Positions 49,962-59,542 of a stretch of DNA of 64,000 bases are shown here, piece by piece. Positions within the stretch are counted from its first letter, which is position 1, and every line of letters starts with the position of its first letter. The notes beneath the pieces are model-generated. The model was not told the DNA's origin. It worked only from the letters and a program-made list of their open reading frames with translations, and did no database searches. The DNA comes from Candidatus Omnitrophota bacterium (GTDB taxonomy: Bacteria; Ratteibacteria; UBA8468; MWAK01), in NCBI GenBank assembly GCA_043826355.1, contig JBDRQI010000011.1, forward strand, positions 1 through 64,000, written 5' to 3'. A program made the translations under genes and the position numbers.

Positions 49962-50741
49962 TTAAATGCTTGTATTCAGCAGGGAGGCAAGGGCAACCGC
50001 CGGATTTTCCTGGCGCAAAAGGGATTCTCCGACCAGGAAGGCCGATGCTCCCCGCCGGGAAAGTTCCCGTATTTCTGTTTTGGTTTTCAGCCCGCTTTCC
50101 ACTATTTTTATTTTTTCTTTTGGTATTAGGGGCAGAATACGGCGGCTGACATTAAGGTCGGTTTGGAGGGTAGCCAGATTCCGGTTATTGATTCCGATAA
50201 TCTCTGCGCCGATAGAAAGGGCGTCCGCCAGCTCCGTTTCGCTGTGAATTTCTACCAGCGCTGAAAGTTTCAGGGACAGCGCCAGAGAGAAGAGTTCCTG
50301 CAGGGTCTGGCGGTTGTGGAGCGCAACAATCAATAGAACGGCGTCGGCTCCGTTGGCGCGGGCTTCGTAAATCTGATAGGGAAGCAGGATGAAATCTTTC
50401 TGGAGAATGGGTATATTTATTGATTTCCGGACAACGGCCAAGTCGGCAAGACTTCCCCGGAAGTGGTCTTTTTCGGTTAGGACCGAGATAGCGGTTGCCC
50501 CGGCTTCCTGGTAGCTTTGGGCGAGAGCGCCCGGAGAAAGTTCCGGTCGCAAAAGACCGGCTGAAGGCGAGGCGCGCTTGATTTCAGCAATGATGCGCAG
50601 TCTTTTTTTAGCGGAGAGGGCTGCGGTAAAGTTGCGCGGTTCGGGCAGACCGGCAATTTCATTTTCCAGGATGACCAGGGGCTTCTTTCGGGCTCTTTCC
50701 CTGGCGCCGGTCCTGACCCCGGCAATAATGGAACTAAGCAT
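49962..50741 (-). CDS. trpC: Indole-3-glycerol phosphate synthase
   Basis: IAEIKRASPS, SVLTE, KDFI, GINNRNL, ESG, LVGESL. Confidence 0.95.
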   Translation of the reverse strand: MLSSIIAGVRTGARERARKKPLVILENEIAGLPEPRNFTAALSAKKRLRIIAEIKRASPSAGLLRPELSPGALAQSYQEAGATAISVLTEKDHFRGSLADLAVVRKSINIPILQKDFILLPYQIYEARANGADAVLLIVALHNRQTLQELFSLALSLKLSALVEIHSETELADALSIGAEIIGINNRNLATLQTDLNVSRRILPLIPKEKIKIVESGLKTKTEIRELSRRGASAFLVGESLLRQENPAVALASLLNTSI

Positions 50742-51772
50742 TAGATATTAACTATCGCTTTGATGACGCCTTCCCGATAATCGGCCACCAATTGCATTCC
50801 TTCGGCTACCCTTTCCAACGGAAAATTATGGGTAACCATATCTCTGGCGTTAATCTTGCCGGCGGCCATAAGCCGGATAACTTTTTCCGCGGCAAAAGCA
50901 GAACGCCGTACATTCAGGAGCGCCAGTTCTTTTCGTCTGGCTCCAAAACTGGGGAATTGCCAGCAATCTTCCGCTGGAATGCCTACCATTCCAACTTTTC
51001 CGGCCAGCGAAGCGGAATCGATTGCCTGGACAAGGGTCTCTTTTTGACCGGCCGCTTCAAAAGCAGAATGAACACCTCCGCCTTTAGTCAGGGCCAGGAT
51101 TTCTTTTACCGGTTTTGTCTTTTCAGGGTCAAAGAGATAATCGGCTCCGATCTGTTTTGCGTAAGCGCGCCTTTCCGGTATCAGGTCAGTGGCGAAGATT
51201 GAAGCGGCGCCGGCCAGTTTAGCAAAGAAAATGATGGCCAGGCCGATCGGTCCGCATCCGAAAACCGCGACTGAATCTCCGGGGGAAACCCGGATGAGAT
51301 TAACCGCATAAAGTCCGATTGCCAGGGGTTCGGAAAGCACGCCTTCTTCCAGGCTGACATTATCAGGAAGGGGGATGAAATTGGCCGCGGGCAACACCAG
51401 GAATTCCCGGAAAGCGCCGGATGTTGGCGGGGTGCCCAGAAACTGAACTTTGGTGCAGAGGTTCGGTTTGCCGGTCAGGCAAACCTCGCATTTTCCGCAG
51501 GAAATTCCCGGTTCAATCGCCACATTCTGCCCTACCGTGAAACCGGCTACGTTGGGACCTGTTTCAATAACTTCTCCGGCCGCCTCGTGACCGAGGACAA
51601 AAGGACCGGAAACGATCTGCTCGCCAATGCGTCCTTCCTTGAAATAATGGACATCAGAACCGCAGATTCCAACCTTCTTTACCCGTACCAGCAATTCGCC
51701 GTTTCGGACAATCGGCTGCGGCGCGTCTTGAATTTTAATCTGTTTTTTCCCGATTAGAAACGCTGCTTTCAT
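50741..51772 (-). CDS. Zn-dependent (sorbitol/threonine-type) dehydrogenase
   Basis: GICGSDVH, GHEAAG, CGKCEVC...PNLC, GCGPIG. Confidence 0.92.
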   Translation of the reverse strand: MKAAFLIGKKQIKIQDAPQPIVRNGELLVRVKKVGICGSDVHYFKEGRIGEQIVSGPFVLGHEAAGEVIETGPNVAGFTVGQNVAIEPGISCGKCEVCLTGKPNLCTKVQFLGTPPTSGAFREFLVLPAANFIPLPDNVSLEEGVLSEPLAIGLYAVNLIRVSPGDSVAVFGCGPIGLAIIFFAKLAGAASIFATDLIPERRAYAKQIGADYLFDPEKTKPVKEILALTKGGGVHSAFEAAGQKETLVQAIDSASLAGKVGMVGIPAEDCWQFPSFGARRKELALLNVRRSAFAAEKVIRLMAAGKINARDMVTHNFPLERVAEGMQLVADYREGVIKAIVNI

Positions 51773-51787
51773 GGGAATCTTTTAGAC

Positions 51788-51873
51788 GTAGGGGTCGGAT
51801 TTATCCGACCCGCGGGCCCCGAACAGGCGGTTTTTGCCTTCTACGGGGCGGGCGCGATAAATCGCGCCCCTAC
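51788..51873. repeat. GTAG-type REP doublet with inserted hairpin; supplies the dut stop codon
   Basis: GTAGGGGTCGGATTTATCCGACCC ... GGGCGCGATAAATCGCGCCCCTAC; relatives at 57092-57141 and 59398-59483. Confidence 0.85.
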
Positions 51874-52304
51874 ACTTTTCCGGAAGAGCCGAATCCGGAG
51901 TCGTTCCGTTCTGTTTCAGGAAGGGTTGATACCGTGGTTAAATCGGCTTGAAGGCAGGGCAGCAGAACCAGTTGCGCAATCCGGTCGCCGATATTGACCT
52001 GATACTCTTTTTCACCTAAATTTATCAGGACAACCATTATTTCGCCTCGGTAATTGCTGTCGATTACGCCGGCCAGGGTATGAAGACCGAATTTCAGAGC
52101 CAGCCCGCTGCGGTCTTTGATGAGGCCGACCACTCCGTCCGGAATGGCAAAATGCAAACCGGTTTTCACCGGGTAGCGCTGGCCCGGCGCCAGGGTTATT
52201 GATTCACTGGCGCGCAGGTCAAGGCCGGCATCTCCGGGCCGGTGGTAACCCGGAGTCTGAATTTCAGGGTTTTTCTTACTTATTTGGACCGGAACGGTGG
52301 CCAC
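51870..52304 (-). CDS. dut: dUTP diphosphatase
   Basis: DAGLDL, RSGLA, GVIDSNYRGE, GDRIAQ, R..SGFGSSG. Confidence 0.95.
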   Translation of the reverse strand: MATVPVQISKKNPEIQTPGYHRPGDAGLDLRASESITLAPGQRYPVKTGLHFAIPDGVVGLIKDRSGLALKFGLHTLAGVIDSNYRGEIMVVLINLGEKEYQVNIGDRIAQLVLLPCLQADLTTVSTLPETERNDSGFGSSGKV

Positions 52305-54465
52305 GGTGTGTCAGTCTTGGTTGTGGGCGGCCGGAACCAGGCCTCCCGGAACGATCGCCGCGGTTGACGGATGGCGGTCTACTGCCTTCTTCTCCGGGCG
52401 GTGGCGGCGGCAGCAGGGCTTTCCGGCTCAGGTTTACCCGGTGCTGTTCGTCCACGCCGACAATCTTAACGTTAATTATGTCTCCGATATTGACCACGTC
52501 TTCCACCCGTCCGACGTAACGATGGTCAAGCTCGGAAACGTGAACCAGTCCTTCCTGACGGGGCAGGTACTCGACCATGGCGCCAAAAGGCAGGATGCGA
52601 GTTACTTTTACATTGGAATAAACCTGCCCGATTGTCGGTTCCTCAGTCATTCCCTTGATTATGGCGGTGGCTTTTGCCCGGGACGCTTCATCCCTGGAGA
52701 TGATTTGAACGCCGCCGTCGTCATTAATCTCAACGTCGGCGCCGGTCTCCTCAATTATCTTACGGATATTCTTGCCGCCCGGCCCGATAACCGCTCCGAT
52801 CTTTTCCACCGGAATCTTGATGAGTGAAATCTTAGGTGCGTGTTCGGAGAGCGTGGGTCTGGGGGCTGGAAGCGTCTGGTTCATCACCTCCAGAATTTTG
52901 GTTCGGCCTTCCCGGCTCTGCAGAAAAGCCTGGCGCAGAATTTCCAGAGACAACTGAGTTGTTTTAACATCCATCTGGAGAGCGGTAATGCCTTCCGTGG
53001 TTCCGGCAATCTTCAGGTCAAGGTCGCCGTAATGGTCTTCCTCGCCGGCGATATCGGTCAGGATTGTAAAATCGTCGCCCTCCTTGATTAAGCCTAAAGC
53101 TACTCCGCCGATGGTGTTTTTCATCGGAACGCCTGCGTCCATCAAGCCCAGCGAACTGGCGCAGACAGTGGCCATGGAAGAAGAACCGTTTGACTCCAGT
53201 ATGTCGGAAACTATCCGGATGGTGTAGGGAAAGTCGTCTCCGGACGGCAAGCTGTTAATCAGCGATTTTTCCGCCAGCAATCCGTGCCCGATTTCTCTCC
53301 GGCCCGGACCGCGCATCGGCCGGCATTCTCCGACACTGAAAGACGGGAAATTATAGTGGAGGAGAAAACGTTTCTTGCTCTCTTCAAGAAGGCCTTCAAT
53401 CCGCTGTTCGTCACCCCAGGTTCCCAGTGTTATCAAAACAAGCGACTGGGTTTCTCCGCGGTGAAAAAGAGCGGAACCGTGGACTCGGGGAAGAAGACCC
53501 ACAGCGCAGGTGATTTTTCGGACTTCGTTGGGTTTGCGTCCGTCCAGCCGGATTTTAGTTTGGTTGATCTGGTTGCGCACCCGGGCGCGAAGTTCTTTTT
53601 CAAAAACCCCTTTAATCTCTTTCTTGAGATTATCATCGGCTTCCGGAAAACCGGCCAATATTTCCTGGTGTATCTCGTCGAAAAAGACGTTGCGCTCTTT
53701 TTTCCCGGGATAGTTGCTGACCTGGCTGAACTTAGCGTCAAAGACCGCTTTAACCGCTGCGTCGCAAGTGGTTTGTTCTGGTTCCGGAAAGGCTACCTTT
53801 GGACCGGAGAAGTTTTCTTTAATAAAAGCGGCCAGTTTCTGGGCTTCGCTGAATCCCAGGGCAATTCCTTCCATAACTTTTTCTTCCGGTACGTTCTTGC
53901 CTATTCCTTCTAACATAAGCAACGATTCCGTTCCGGCAGAGATAACCAGCGTCAGTTCGCTGGCCGCGGTCTGGGTGATGGTTGGATTAACAATAAAAAT
54001 GCCTTCCACCAAACTCACCCGAACTGCAGCTACCGGTCCCTGAGCCGGAAAAGGAGAGAGAGCGACGGTGGCGGAAGCGCCCAAGATCGCCAACATATCC
54101 GGGTCTACCTCCGGGTCAAACGAGTAGACGAAAGAAACAACCTGAATTTCGCGGTTGAATGTTTTCGGAAAAAGCGGCCGAACTGACCGGTCAATCAGCC
54201 GGCATGTCACCGTCTCTTTTTCGCTGTTTCGTCCTTCCCGTTTAAAAAAGCCGCCGGGGATTTTTCCGGAAGACGAGATGTGTTCCCGGTATTCCACGGT
54301 CAGCGGCAGGAAATCCCGCTGCATAGCCAGTTCGTTTCCGAAAACGGCTGAAGTAAGCACCATGGTGTCACCGGAGCGGACCATCACCGAAGCGGTGGCC
54401 TGCTGGGCGAAAGTGGTGGTATCAAAACTAATAGTACGACCTCCCAATTCAATCTCTTTTTTCAT
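52276..54465 (-). CDS. pnp: Polyribonucleotide nucleotidyltransferase
   Basis: GKIPGGFFKREG, RREIGHG, ESNGSSSMA, KH and S1 domains. Confidence 0.98.
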   Translation of the reverse strand: MKKEIELGGRTISFDTTTFAQQATASVMVRSGDTMVLTSAVFGNELAMQRDFLPLTVEYREHISSSGKIPGGFFKREGRNSEKETVTCRLIDRSVRPLFPKTFNREIQVVSFVYSFDPEVDPDMLAILGASATVALSPFPAQGPVAAVRVSLVEGIFIVNPTITQTAASELTLVISAGTESLLMLEGIGKNVPEEKVMEGIALGFSEAQKLAAFIKENFSGPKVAFPEPEQTTCDAAVKAVFDAKFSQVSNYPGKKERNVFFDEIHQEILAGFPEADDNLKKEIKGVFEKELRARVRNQINQTKIRLDGRKPNEVRKITCAVGLLPRVHGSALFHRGETQSLVLITLGTWGDEQRIEGLLEESKKRFLLHYNFPSFSVGECRPMRGPGRREIGHGLLAEKSLINSLPSGDDFPYTIRIVSDILESNGSSSMATVCASSLGLMDAGVPMKNTIGGVALGLIKEGDDFTILTDIAGEEDHYGDLDLKIAGTTEGITALQMDVKTTQLSLEILRQAFLQSREGRTKILEVMNQTLPAPRPTLSEHAPKISLIKIPVEKIGAVIGPGGKNIRKIIEETGADVEINDDGGVQIISRDEASRAKATAIIKGMTEEPTIGQVYSNVKVTRILPFGAMVEYLPRQEGLVHVSELDHRYVGRVEDVVNIGDIINVKIVGVDEQHRVNLSRKALLPPPPPGEEGSRPPSVNRGDRSGRPGSGRPQPRLTHRGHRSGPNK

Positions 54466-54571
54466 TTTTTTCCTTAATATTTAGGGGTAATATAAATTAT
54501 AACCCCAGGTGTCCTCAAAGGCACAAGAATGCATTTTGTACCGATGGGGTGTTCAAATTATTCTAAATTTA

Positions 54572-54838
54572 TTATTTTCGCAGGCCGAGTTTGGAGATGA
54601 CCAATCCGTATTTGGAAGGTTCTTCTTTTTTCAGGTAATCCAGCAGGCGCCGGCGGTGACCGATCATAATGAGCAGTCCACGGCGGGAATTGCGGTCTTT
54701 CAGGTGAGACTGGAAGTGTTCCTCTAAACGGTTAATTCGGGCCGTCAGCAGGGAGATCTGAACTTCCGGGCTGCCGGTATCGACCGGGGTCCGGCGGAAA
54801 ACCTGTATCGCTTCTGCTTTTTTTTCGGAGGTTAACAT
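54572..54838 (-). CDS. rpsO: 30S ribosomal protein S15
   Basis: [24 protein letters not shown]. Confidence 0.97.
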   Translation of the reverse strand: MLTSEKKAEAIQVFRRTPVDTGSPEVQISLLTARINRLEEHFQSHLKDRNSRRGLLIMIGHRRRLLDYLKKEEPSKYGLVISKLGLRK

Positions 54839-54847
54839 TTGACGGAT

Positions 54848-54889
54848 ATTATAATCTATCTTCCTTTTCGCTGTCAAATATTGTATAAT
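54848..54889. promoter_or_regulatory. Divergent sigma70 promoters for rpsO and lolE
   Basis: Minus strand TTGACA (54877-54872) N18 TATAAT (54853-54848); plus strand TATAAT (54884-54889) 8 nt before the ATG. Confidence 0.65.
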
Positions 54890-54897
54890 ACAGGCAA

Positions 54898-56181
54898 ATG
54901 AACTATCCATTTTTTATCGCGCGGCGTTATTTCCGCCGGGGCAGGGGCGGTTACCTTTTTTTAACCAATCTCTTTGCTATTATCAGCGTAGCGGTGGGTG
55001 TGGCCAGCCTGATTCTGGTTCTGGGCGTAATGAACGGGTTTGACCGGGACCTGAAACAAAAGATAATCGGTGTTTTCCCGCCGCTGGAAATTAAAATTCC
55101 GTATGATTCTGATTTCGCCCGTATTGAAAACCGGGTCACCTCTTTTCCGGAGGTGGTTGCCGTGGCTCCGTTTTCCGAAACCCAGGCTATCTTTCGTTCC
55201 AAAGGTTTCCTGACTGCCGGGCTTCTGCGCGCGATTGACCCGGAAAGGGAAGATGCGGTTACCGGGTTTCAAAAATTCCTTATTTCCGATTCCAAAGATT
55301 CCTCCCGCCCCTCCCCCCCCAGGGGAGAGGGCCGGTCAGGCTTCGCCTCGTCAGAGTGCGCCGAAGTCTCAGGCGACGCCCAGGCGAGAAATGGTGAGGG
55401 GGAAATAAGGTGGGGGGGCGGCTTAGTCCTCGGTTCGGAACTTGCGCAAAACCTTCGGGTGGGTGTTGGGGACCAACTGGAAATAATTACCGGGTTCGGC
55501 GTAAAAACCCGCACTCTGCCGGTGGTTGGAATTTTTCGAACCGGGCTTTATCATTTTGATGTTGCCATGACGTTTGTTCCGTTATCGCTGAGCGAGGGTT
55601 TTTTTCCGACCGGCGCCCGGCCGGAAGCGTTGGGTGTAAAGATAAAAGATATTTATGCGGCGGAACTGGTATCCCAGAAAGTCACCCGGGAATTAGGGCC
55701 TTCTTTTCGCGTGGAATCCTGGATTAGCAAAAACCGGATTCTTTTTTCGGCTCTGGCGCTGGAGCGGCGTGCAATGGCAATTATTCTGATTTTGATAATT
55801 TTTGTGGCTGGTTTTAATATCGCCACCTGTCTGATGATTACCGTCTGGCGGAAGAGCAAGGAGATTGGAGTTCTCCGGTCTATGGGTGTGAGCGCTGGCG
55901 GTATCCAGGCCATTTTTTTGTGGATGGGGTTCTTGACTGCATTATGGGGAGTGGCAGTTGGTTTAGCTGTTGGCCTGTCCTTGGCTTATGTCGGAGACCA
56001 TTACCAGCTGGTAAAGTTGCCGGGATATGTTTACGACCTTTCGTACCTGCCGATTAAGGTCCGGGGTTTTGATGTTATCTGGATTACGATAATCTCTTTT
56101 GCGATTGCGCTGGCGGCCTCGATCTTCCCGGCCCGGGAAGCGGCCCGGGTGGCGCCGGCAATTACGCTGCGTTCAGAGTAA
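54898..56181 (+). CDS. lolE: Lipoprotein-releasing ABC transporter permease (LolC/E family) with ~35-40 aa in-frame repeat-derived insertion
   Basis: [21 protein letters not shown]...L...V..K.KEIG.LR.MG, YDLSYLP. Confidence 0.9.
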   Translation: MNYPFFIARRYFRRGRGGYLFLTNLFAIISVAVGVASLILVLGVMNGFDRDLKQKIIGVFPPLEIKIPYDSDFARIENRVTSFPEVVAVAPFSETQAIFRSKGFLTAGLLRAIDPEREDAVTGFQKFLISDSKDSSRPSPPRGEGRSGFASSECAEVSGDAQARNGEGEIRWGGGLVLGSELAQNLRVGVGDQLEIITGFGVKTRTLPVVGIFRTGLYHFDVAMTFVPLSLSEGFFPTGARPEALGVKIKDIYAAELVSQKVTRELGPSFRVESWISKNRILFSALALERRAMAIILILIIFVAGFNIATCLMITVWRKSKEIGVLRSMGVSAGGIQAIFLWMGFLTALWGVAVGLAVGLSLAYVGDHYQLVKLPGYVYDLSYLPIKVRGFDVIWITIISFAIALAASIFPAREAARVAPAITLRSE

Positions 56182-56360
56182 AGCGCTCGGATTATCTTTT
56201 TTGCTCACACGCTGCGTGTCGGACAAGACTACGCAACTCGTAAGCGAGCCTCGCCGTGTCTTTGTCTATATTTCAGGCAAATCACGGCCACTCACTTACT
56301 CGTTTTGCTTGTCTTGTTTCCGTCACTCCGCGAAGTGTGCAAAAAAGATAACCTCGCTTA
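56179..56360. mobile_element. MITE-like long hairpin between lolE and lolD
   Basis: Terminal IR TTATCTTTTTTGC(T)CACAC / GTGTGCAAAAAAGATAA with further internal pairing (ACAAGAC/GTCTTGT, GTAAG/CTTAC). Confidence 0.65.
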
Positions 56361-56388
56361 GCAGAAAAACTAAAAGACCTTTAAAACT

Positions 56389-57066
56389 ATGGAAATAACA
56401 GCCAGAGGTTTGACGAAAATTTACTCCGACGCCGGGAACCGGGTGGTGGCGCTTGACGGGGTTGACCTGACCTTGCAATCCGGAGAAGTGGTAGTCCTCC
56501 TGGGTCCTTCCGGGTCCGGCAAGACCACTCTCTTGAACCTGCTTTCCGGGCTGGAAGTCCCCAGCGAAGGCGAGGTTTTGCTTGACGGAGAGCATCTTTC
56601 ATTTCTTTCCGACCGGAAAAAATCTTTTTTACGCAACCGTTCTTTTGGTTTTATCTTTCAATTTTTTAATCTTTTGCCGGAATTTACCATTCTGGAAAAT
56701 ACGTTGCTGCCCTCTTTAATCGGCAAACGCGGACGGGAATTTACTTCGGTCCGGAAAGAAGCAAAAACGCTCCTGGAGGAATTAGGCCTGGGCAACCGTG
56801 CCGAAGCTCTTCCCTCCGAACTTTCCGGCGGCGAGAAACAGCGGGTGGCTATCTGCCGCGCCTTGATTAACCGGCCGGGTTTCGTCTTTGCCGATGAGCC
56901 GACCGGAAACCTTGACCGGGAAAACGCGGAAATTTGCCTTAACCTTTTTCGGCAAATGATTATCCGAAACGGCACCGGATTCATAATTGCAACCCATAAC
57001 CAGGAGATTGCCGCGGCTATGGCTGCCCGTACGGTGCGTCTAAAAAGCGGCAAGGTAATTCTATAG
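56389..57066 (+). CDS. lolD: Lipoprotein-releasing ABC transporter ATP-binding protein
   Basis: GPSGSGKTT, LSGGEKQRVAI, ADEPTGNLD. Confidence 0.9.
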   Translation: MEITARGLTKIYSDAGNRVVALDGVDLTLQSGEVVVLLGPSGSGKTTLLNLLSGLEVPSEGEVLLDGEHLSFLSDRKKSFLRNRSFGFIFQFFNLLPEFTILENTLLPSLIGKRGREFTSVRKEAKTLLEELGLGNRAEALPSELSGGEKQRVAICRALINRPGFVFADEPTGNLDRENAEICLNLFRQMIIRNGTGFIIATHNQEIAAAMAARTVRLKSGKVIL

Positions 57067-57091
57067 TTGCCGAGCTTGCTCGGCGCAGTTT

Positions 57092-57141
57092 GTAGGGGCG
57101 CCATTCATGGCGCCCGCGGGTCGGATGAATCCGACCCCTAC
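57092..57141. repeat. GTAG-type REP doublet (empty form)
   Basis: GTAGGGGCGCCATTCATGGCGCCC-GC-GGGTCGGATGAATCCGACCCCTAC. Confidence 0.85.
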
Positions 57142-57157
57142 GTTTTGAGGAGGGGAA

Positions 57158-58033
57158 ATGGGGTTATTGATCTGTTTGGACGGGAAACTGGTTACGGAGG
57201 AAAAAGCCGTTGTTTCGGTCTTTGACCACGGCCTTCTTTACGGAGACGGCGTATTTGAAGGAATCCGGGCTTATAACGGCCGGGTTTTTCGCCTGGAAGA
57301 ACATATCCGGCGGCTTTATCGTTCGGCCGGGACCATAATGCTTCAGGTATCAATAACTCCGGAAGAGATGACCCGGAAAATCCTGGAAACTCTTAAAGCC
57401 AATAAACTTCGCGATGCCTATATCCGGGTCGTGATTACCCGGGGTAAGGGTGACCTTGGTCTTGACCCGCGTAAGTGTCCGAAATCAACATACTTCATCA
57501 TCACCAATAAAATCCAGCTTTATCCTGCGGAACTATGCCGGAAAGGCATGAACATTATTACCGTGCCGACCCGGCGCAACGGTGTGGAAATGATGACTCC
57601 GGCCGTTAAATCCCTTAACTACTTAAATAACATCATGGCCAAGATTGAAGGGAATAACGCCGGAGTTTCCGAAGCGTTGATGTTGAATACGGAGGGTCTG
57701 GTGCTGGAGTGTACCGGAGACAATATCTTCCTGGTGCGCGGCAAGGAATTGGTTACGCCGCCTCTTTACCTGGGCATTCTGGAGGGGATTACCCGGGACG
57801 TGGTGATGGGGCTGGCTTCCAAAGCCGGGCTTATCAGCCGGGAACTTCCTTTTACCCGGCACGACCTTTTTAACGCCGACGAGGTATTCTTAACCGGGAC
57901 CGCCGCGGAGATAGTGCCGATAAGCAAAATTGACGGCCGCAGTATCGCCGACGGCAAGCCCGGTCCCTGCACCGTAAAACTAATCAACCTTTTCCGCCGG
58001 CTCACTGAATCGGAAGGTACGCCAATTGTTTAA
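57158..58033 (+). CDS. ilvE: Branched-chain amino acid aminotransferase
   Basis: DHGLLYGDGVFEGIRAY, KSLNYLNN, LEGITR, TGTAAE. Confidence 0.96.
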   Translation: MGLLICLDGKLVTEEKAVVSVFDHGLLYGDGVFEGIRAYNGRVFRLEEHIRRLYRSAGTIMLQVSITPEEMTRKILETLKANKLRDAYIRVVITRGKGDLGLDPRKCPKSTYFIITNKIQLYPAELCRKGMNIITVPTRRNGVEMMTPAVKSLNYLNNIMAKIEGNNAGVSEALMLNTEGLVLECTGDNIFLVRGKELVTPPLYLGILEGITRDVVMGLASKAGLISRELPFTRHDLFNADEVFLTGTAAEIVPISKIDGRSIADGKPGPCTVKLINLFRRLTESEGTPIV

Positions 58034-58037
58034 TAGT

Positions 58038-58316
58038 TCCCTCTCCCCGCAAAGGAGAGGGGTGGGGAGGTAGGACAGGTGTCTCCCGCCTTCGCTAAAT
58101 TTATCCGCCGTAGCTTTAGCGCAGGCGGAGCTACGGCGGGCGAAGCCCGTCTGCCATTATGGTGTCATCCTGAGCCTTTAAGAATCCGTCATCCTGAGTG
58201 AAACGAAGGATCTCGTCTTATAAAGATTAGATCCTTCACGGAGTTTACCCTTGAGCAACGCGAAGGGTTCAGGATGACAAATTACGTCAGATTCTTCGCT
58301 TGTGCTCAGAATGACA
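58038..58316. repeat. Stack of nested palindromic mini-elements
   Basis: At least six interleaved hairpin elements from four or five families. Confidence 0.8.
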
Positions 58317-58379
58317 AATAGGATAAGCTTAAATCACGGGCGGTCTATTCGACGGAATGCTCCGCCCCTATTTTTTGAT

Positions 58380-58412
58380 TAAACGTTTTCCGGTCTTCCG
58401 GTATCTAATATT
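58380..58412 (+). promoter_or_regulatory. Putative autoregulatory ECF promoter
   Basis: TAAAC-N16-GTATCTAATATT immediately before the ECF ATG. Confidence 0.6.
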
Positions 58413-58413
58413 T

Positions 58414-58923
58414 ATGAACCGAACAGATTTCGAAGCCATTTTGCAGGAAAATCAGGAACGCATCTACCGCCTGGCTTTAAGAATCACCGGCGACAAGGAA
58501 GAGGCAAAAGACATAACCCAGGAAACGTTCCTGGCGGCGTACGAACATCAGGGTCGTTTTCGGCAGGAATCCAATTTTTCAACCTATATTTACCGCATCG
58601 CTCTCAACTTCGCTTTTCGGGCGCTGAAACGGAAACGCCCTTTGCAAACGCTGGAAAAGCCCGAAACGATAAGGTCAAATGACGAAAATCCGGCCCAGAT
58701 TTTTCAACGGGAGGAGAAGGAAGCGGAAGTCCGGCGGTTACTGGACTCTCTGCCGGCCGGACAGAAGGCGGCCGTTCACCTCCGGCTTTATGAAAATCTG
58801 TCATTTAAAGAGGTTGCCCGGGTGCTGGGTTGCAGGCCGGCCACTGCCCGTACCCATTATTTTTTCGGCTTGCAGAATTTACGAAAGGAGATGAAGGCAC
58901 GCCATGAATTGCCAAAAGTTTGA
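58414..58923 (+). CDS. ECF RNA polymerase sigma factor
   Basis: DITQETFL, FSTYIYRIA.N, LSFKEVA. Confidence 0.9.
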   Translation: MNRTDFEAILQENQERIYRLALRITGDKEEAKDITQETFLAAYEHQGRFRQESNFSTYIYRIALNFAFRALKRKRPLQTLEKPETIRSNDENPAQIFQREEKEAEVRRLLDSLPAGQKAAVHLRLYENLSFKEVARVLGCRPATARTHYFFGLQNLRKEMKARHELPKV

Positions 58924-59389
58924 GCGATGGATAGTCCTGAGTTTGGAAGGTGAAATCACCCCCCGGCAAAAAGGCGTTTTGGAAAAGCACCTGAAGGGAT
59001 GCGCCGGATGCCGGAAAGTATTGGAAGATTACCGGAACGTACGCCATCTCTTTGCCACGCTGCCGTTGGAACCGGTTCCGGTTCTGCCGGCATTCAGCCG
59101 GCCCGTGACTGAAAAAAGAAAAGGACCGCCGCTGGTCTTAAGACGAATCGTGCTGGCGCCGGCCGCGCTTGCGCTCTGCCTCCTCCTGGCAATTGGAATC
59201 ATTAAATTCCGGAATGTTCCTCCCGCCATCCCGGTTTCGAACAGTTACAAAGCTGATTTGCTTGCCGGCGTATCCGAGCGTGAATTTTTTGACGTCAACT
59301 TCCCGAATTCAAGGGAGTATTACTATTTTATTGAAAATCTTTCCGTTGCAGAACAGGAAACATTCTTCAGTATCTTACAGGCAATGTAA
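58904..59389 (+). CDS. zf-HC2 anti-sigma factor with TM helix
   Basis: MNC...HLKGCAGC, one hydrophobic segment. Confidence 0.85.
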   Translation: MNCQKFERWIVLSLEGEITPRQKGVLEKHLKGCAGCRKVLEDYRNVRHLFATLPLEPVPVLPAFSRPVTEKRKGPPLVLRRIVLAPAALALCLLLAIGIIKFRNVPPAIPVSNSYKADLLAGVSEREFFDVNFPNSREYYYFIENLSVAEQETFFSILQAM

Positions 59390-59397
59390 ATTACTGT

Positions 59398-59483
59398 GTA
59401 GGGGCGTGATTCATCGCGCCCGCGGGCCCCGTATAGGCGGCTCTTGCCTTCTACGGGGCGGGTCGGATAAATCCGACCCCTAC
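59398..59483. repeat. GTAG-type REP doublet with inserted hairpin
   Basis: Same inner hairpin as 51788-51873 but outer doublet in the opposite orientation. Confidence 0.85.
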
Positions 59484-59542
59484 AAAAATTTTGTCATCCC
59501 GCGTGTAGTAAGCGGAAATCTGTATCAAGGAGGTGATACGGA

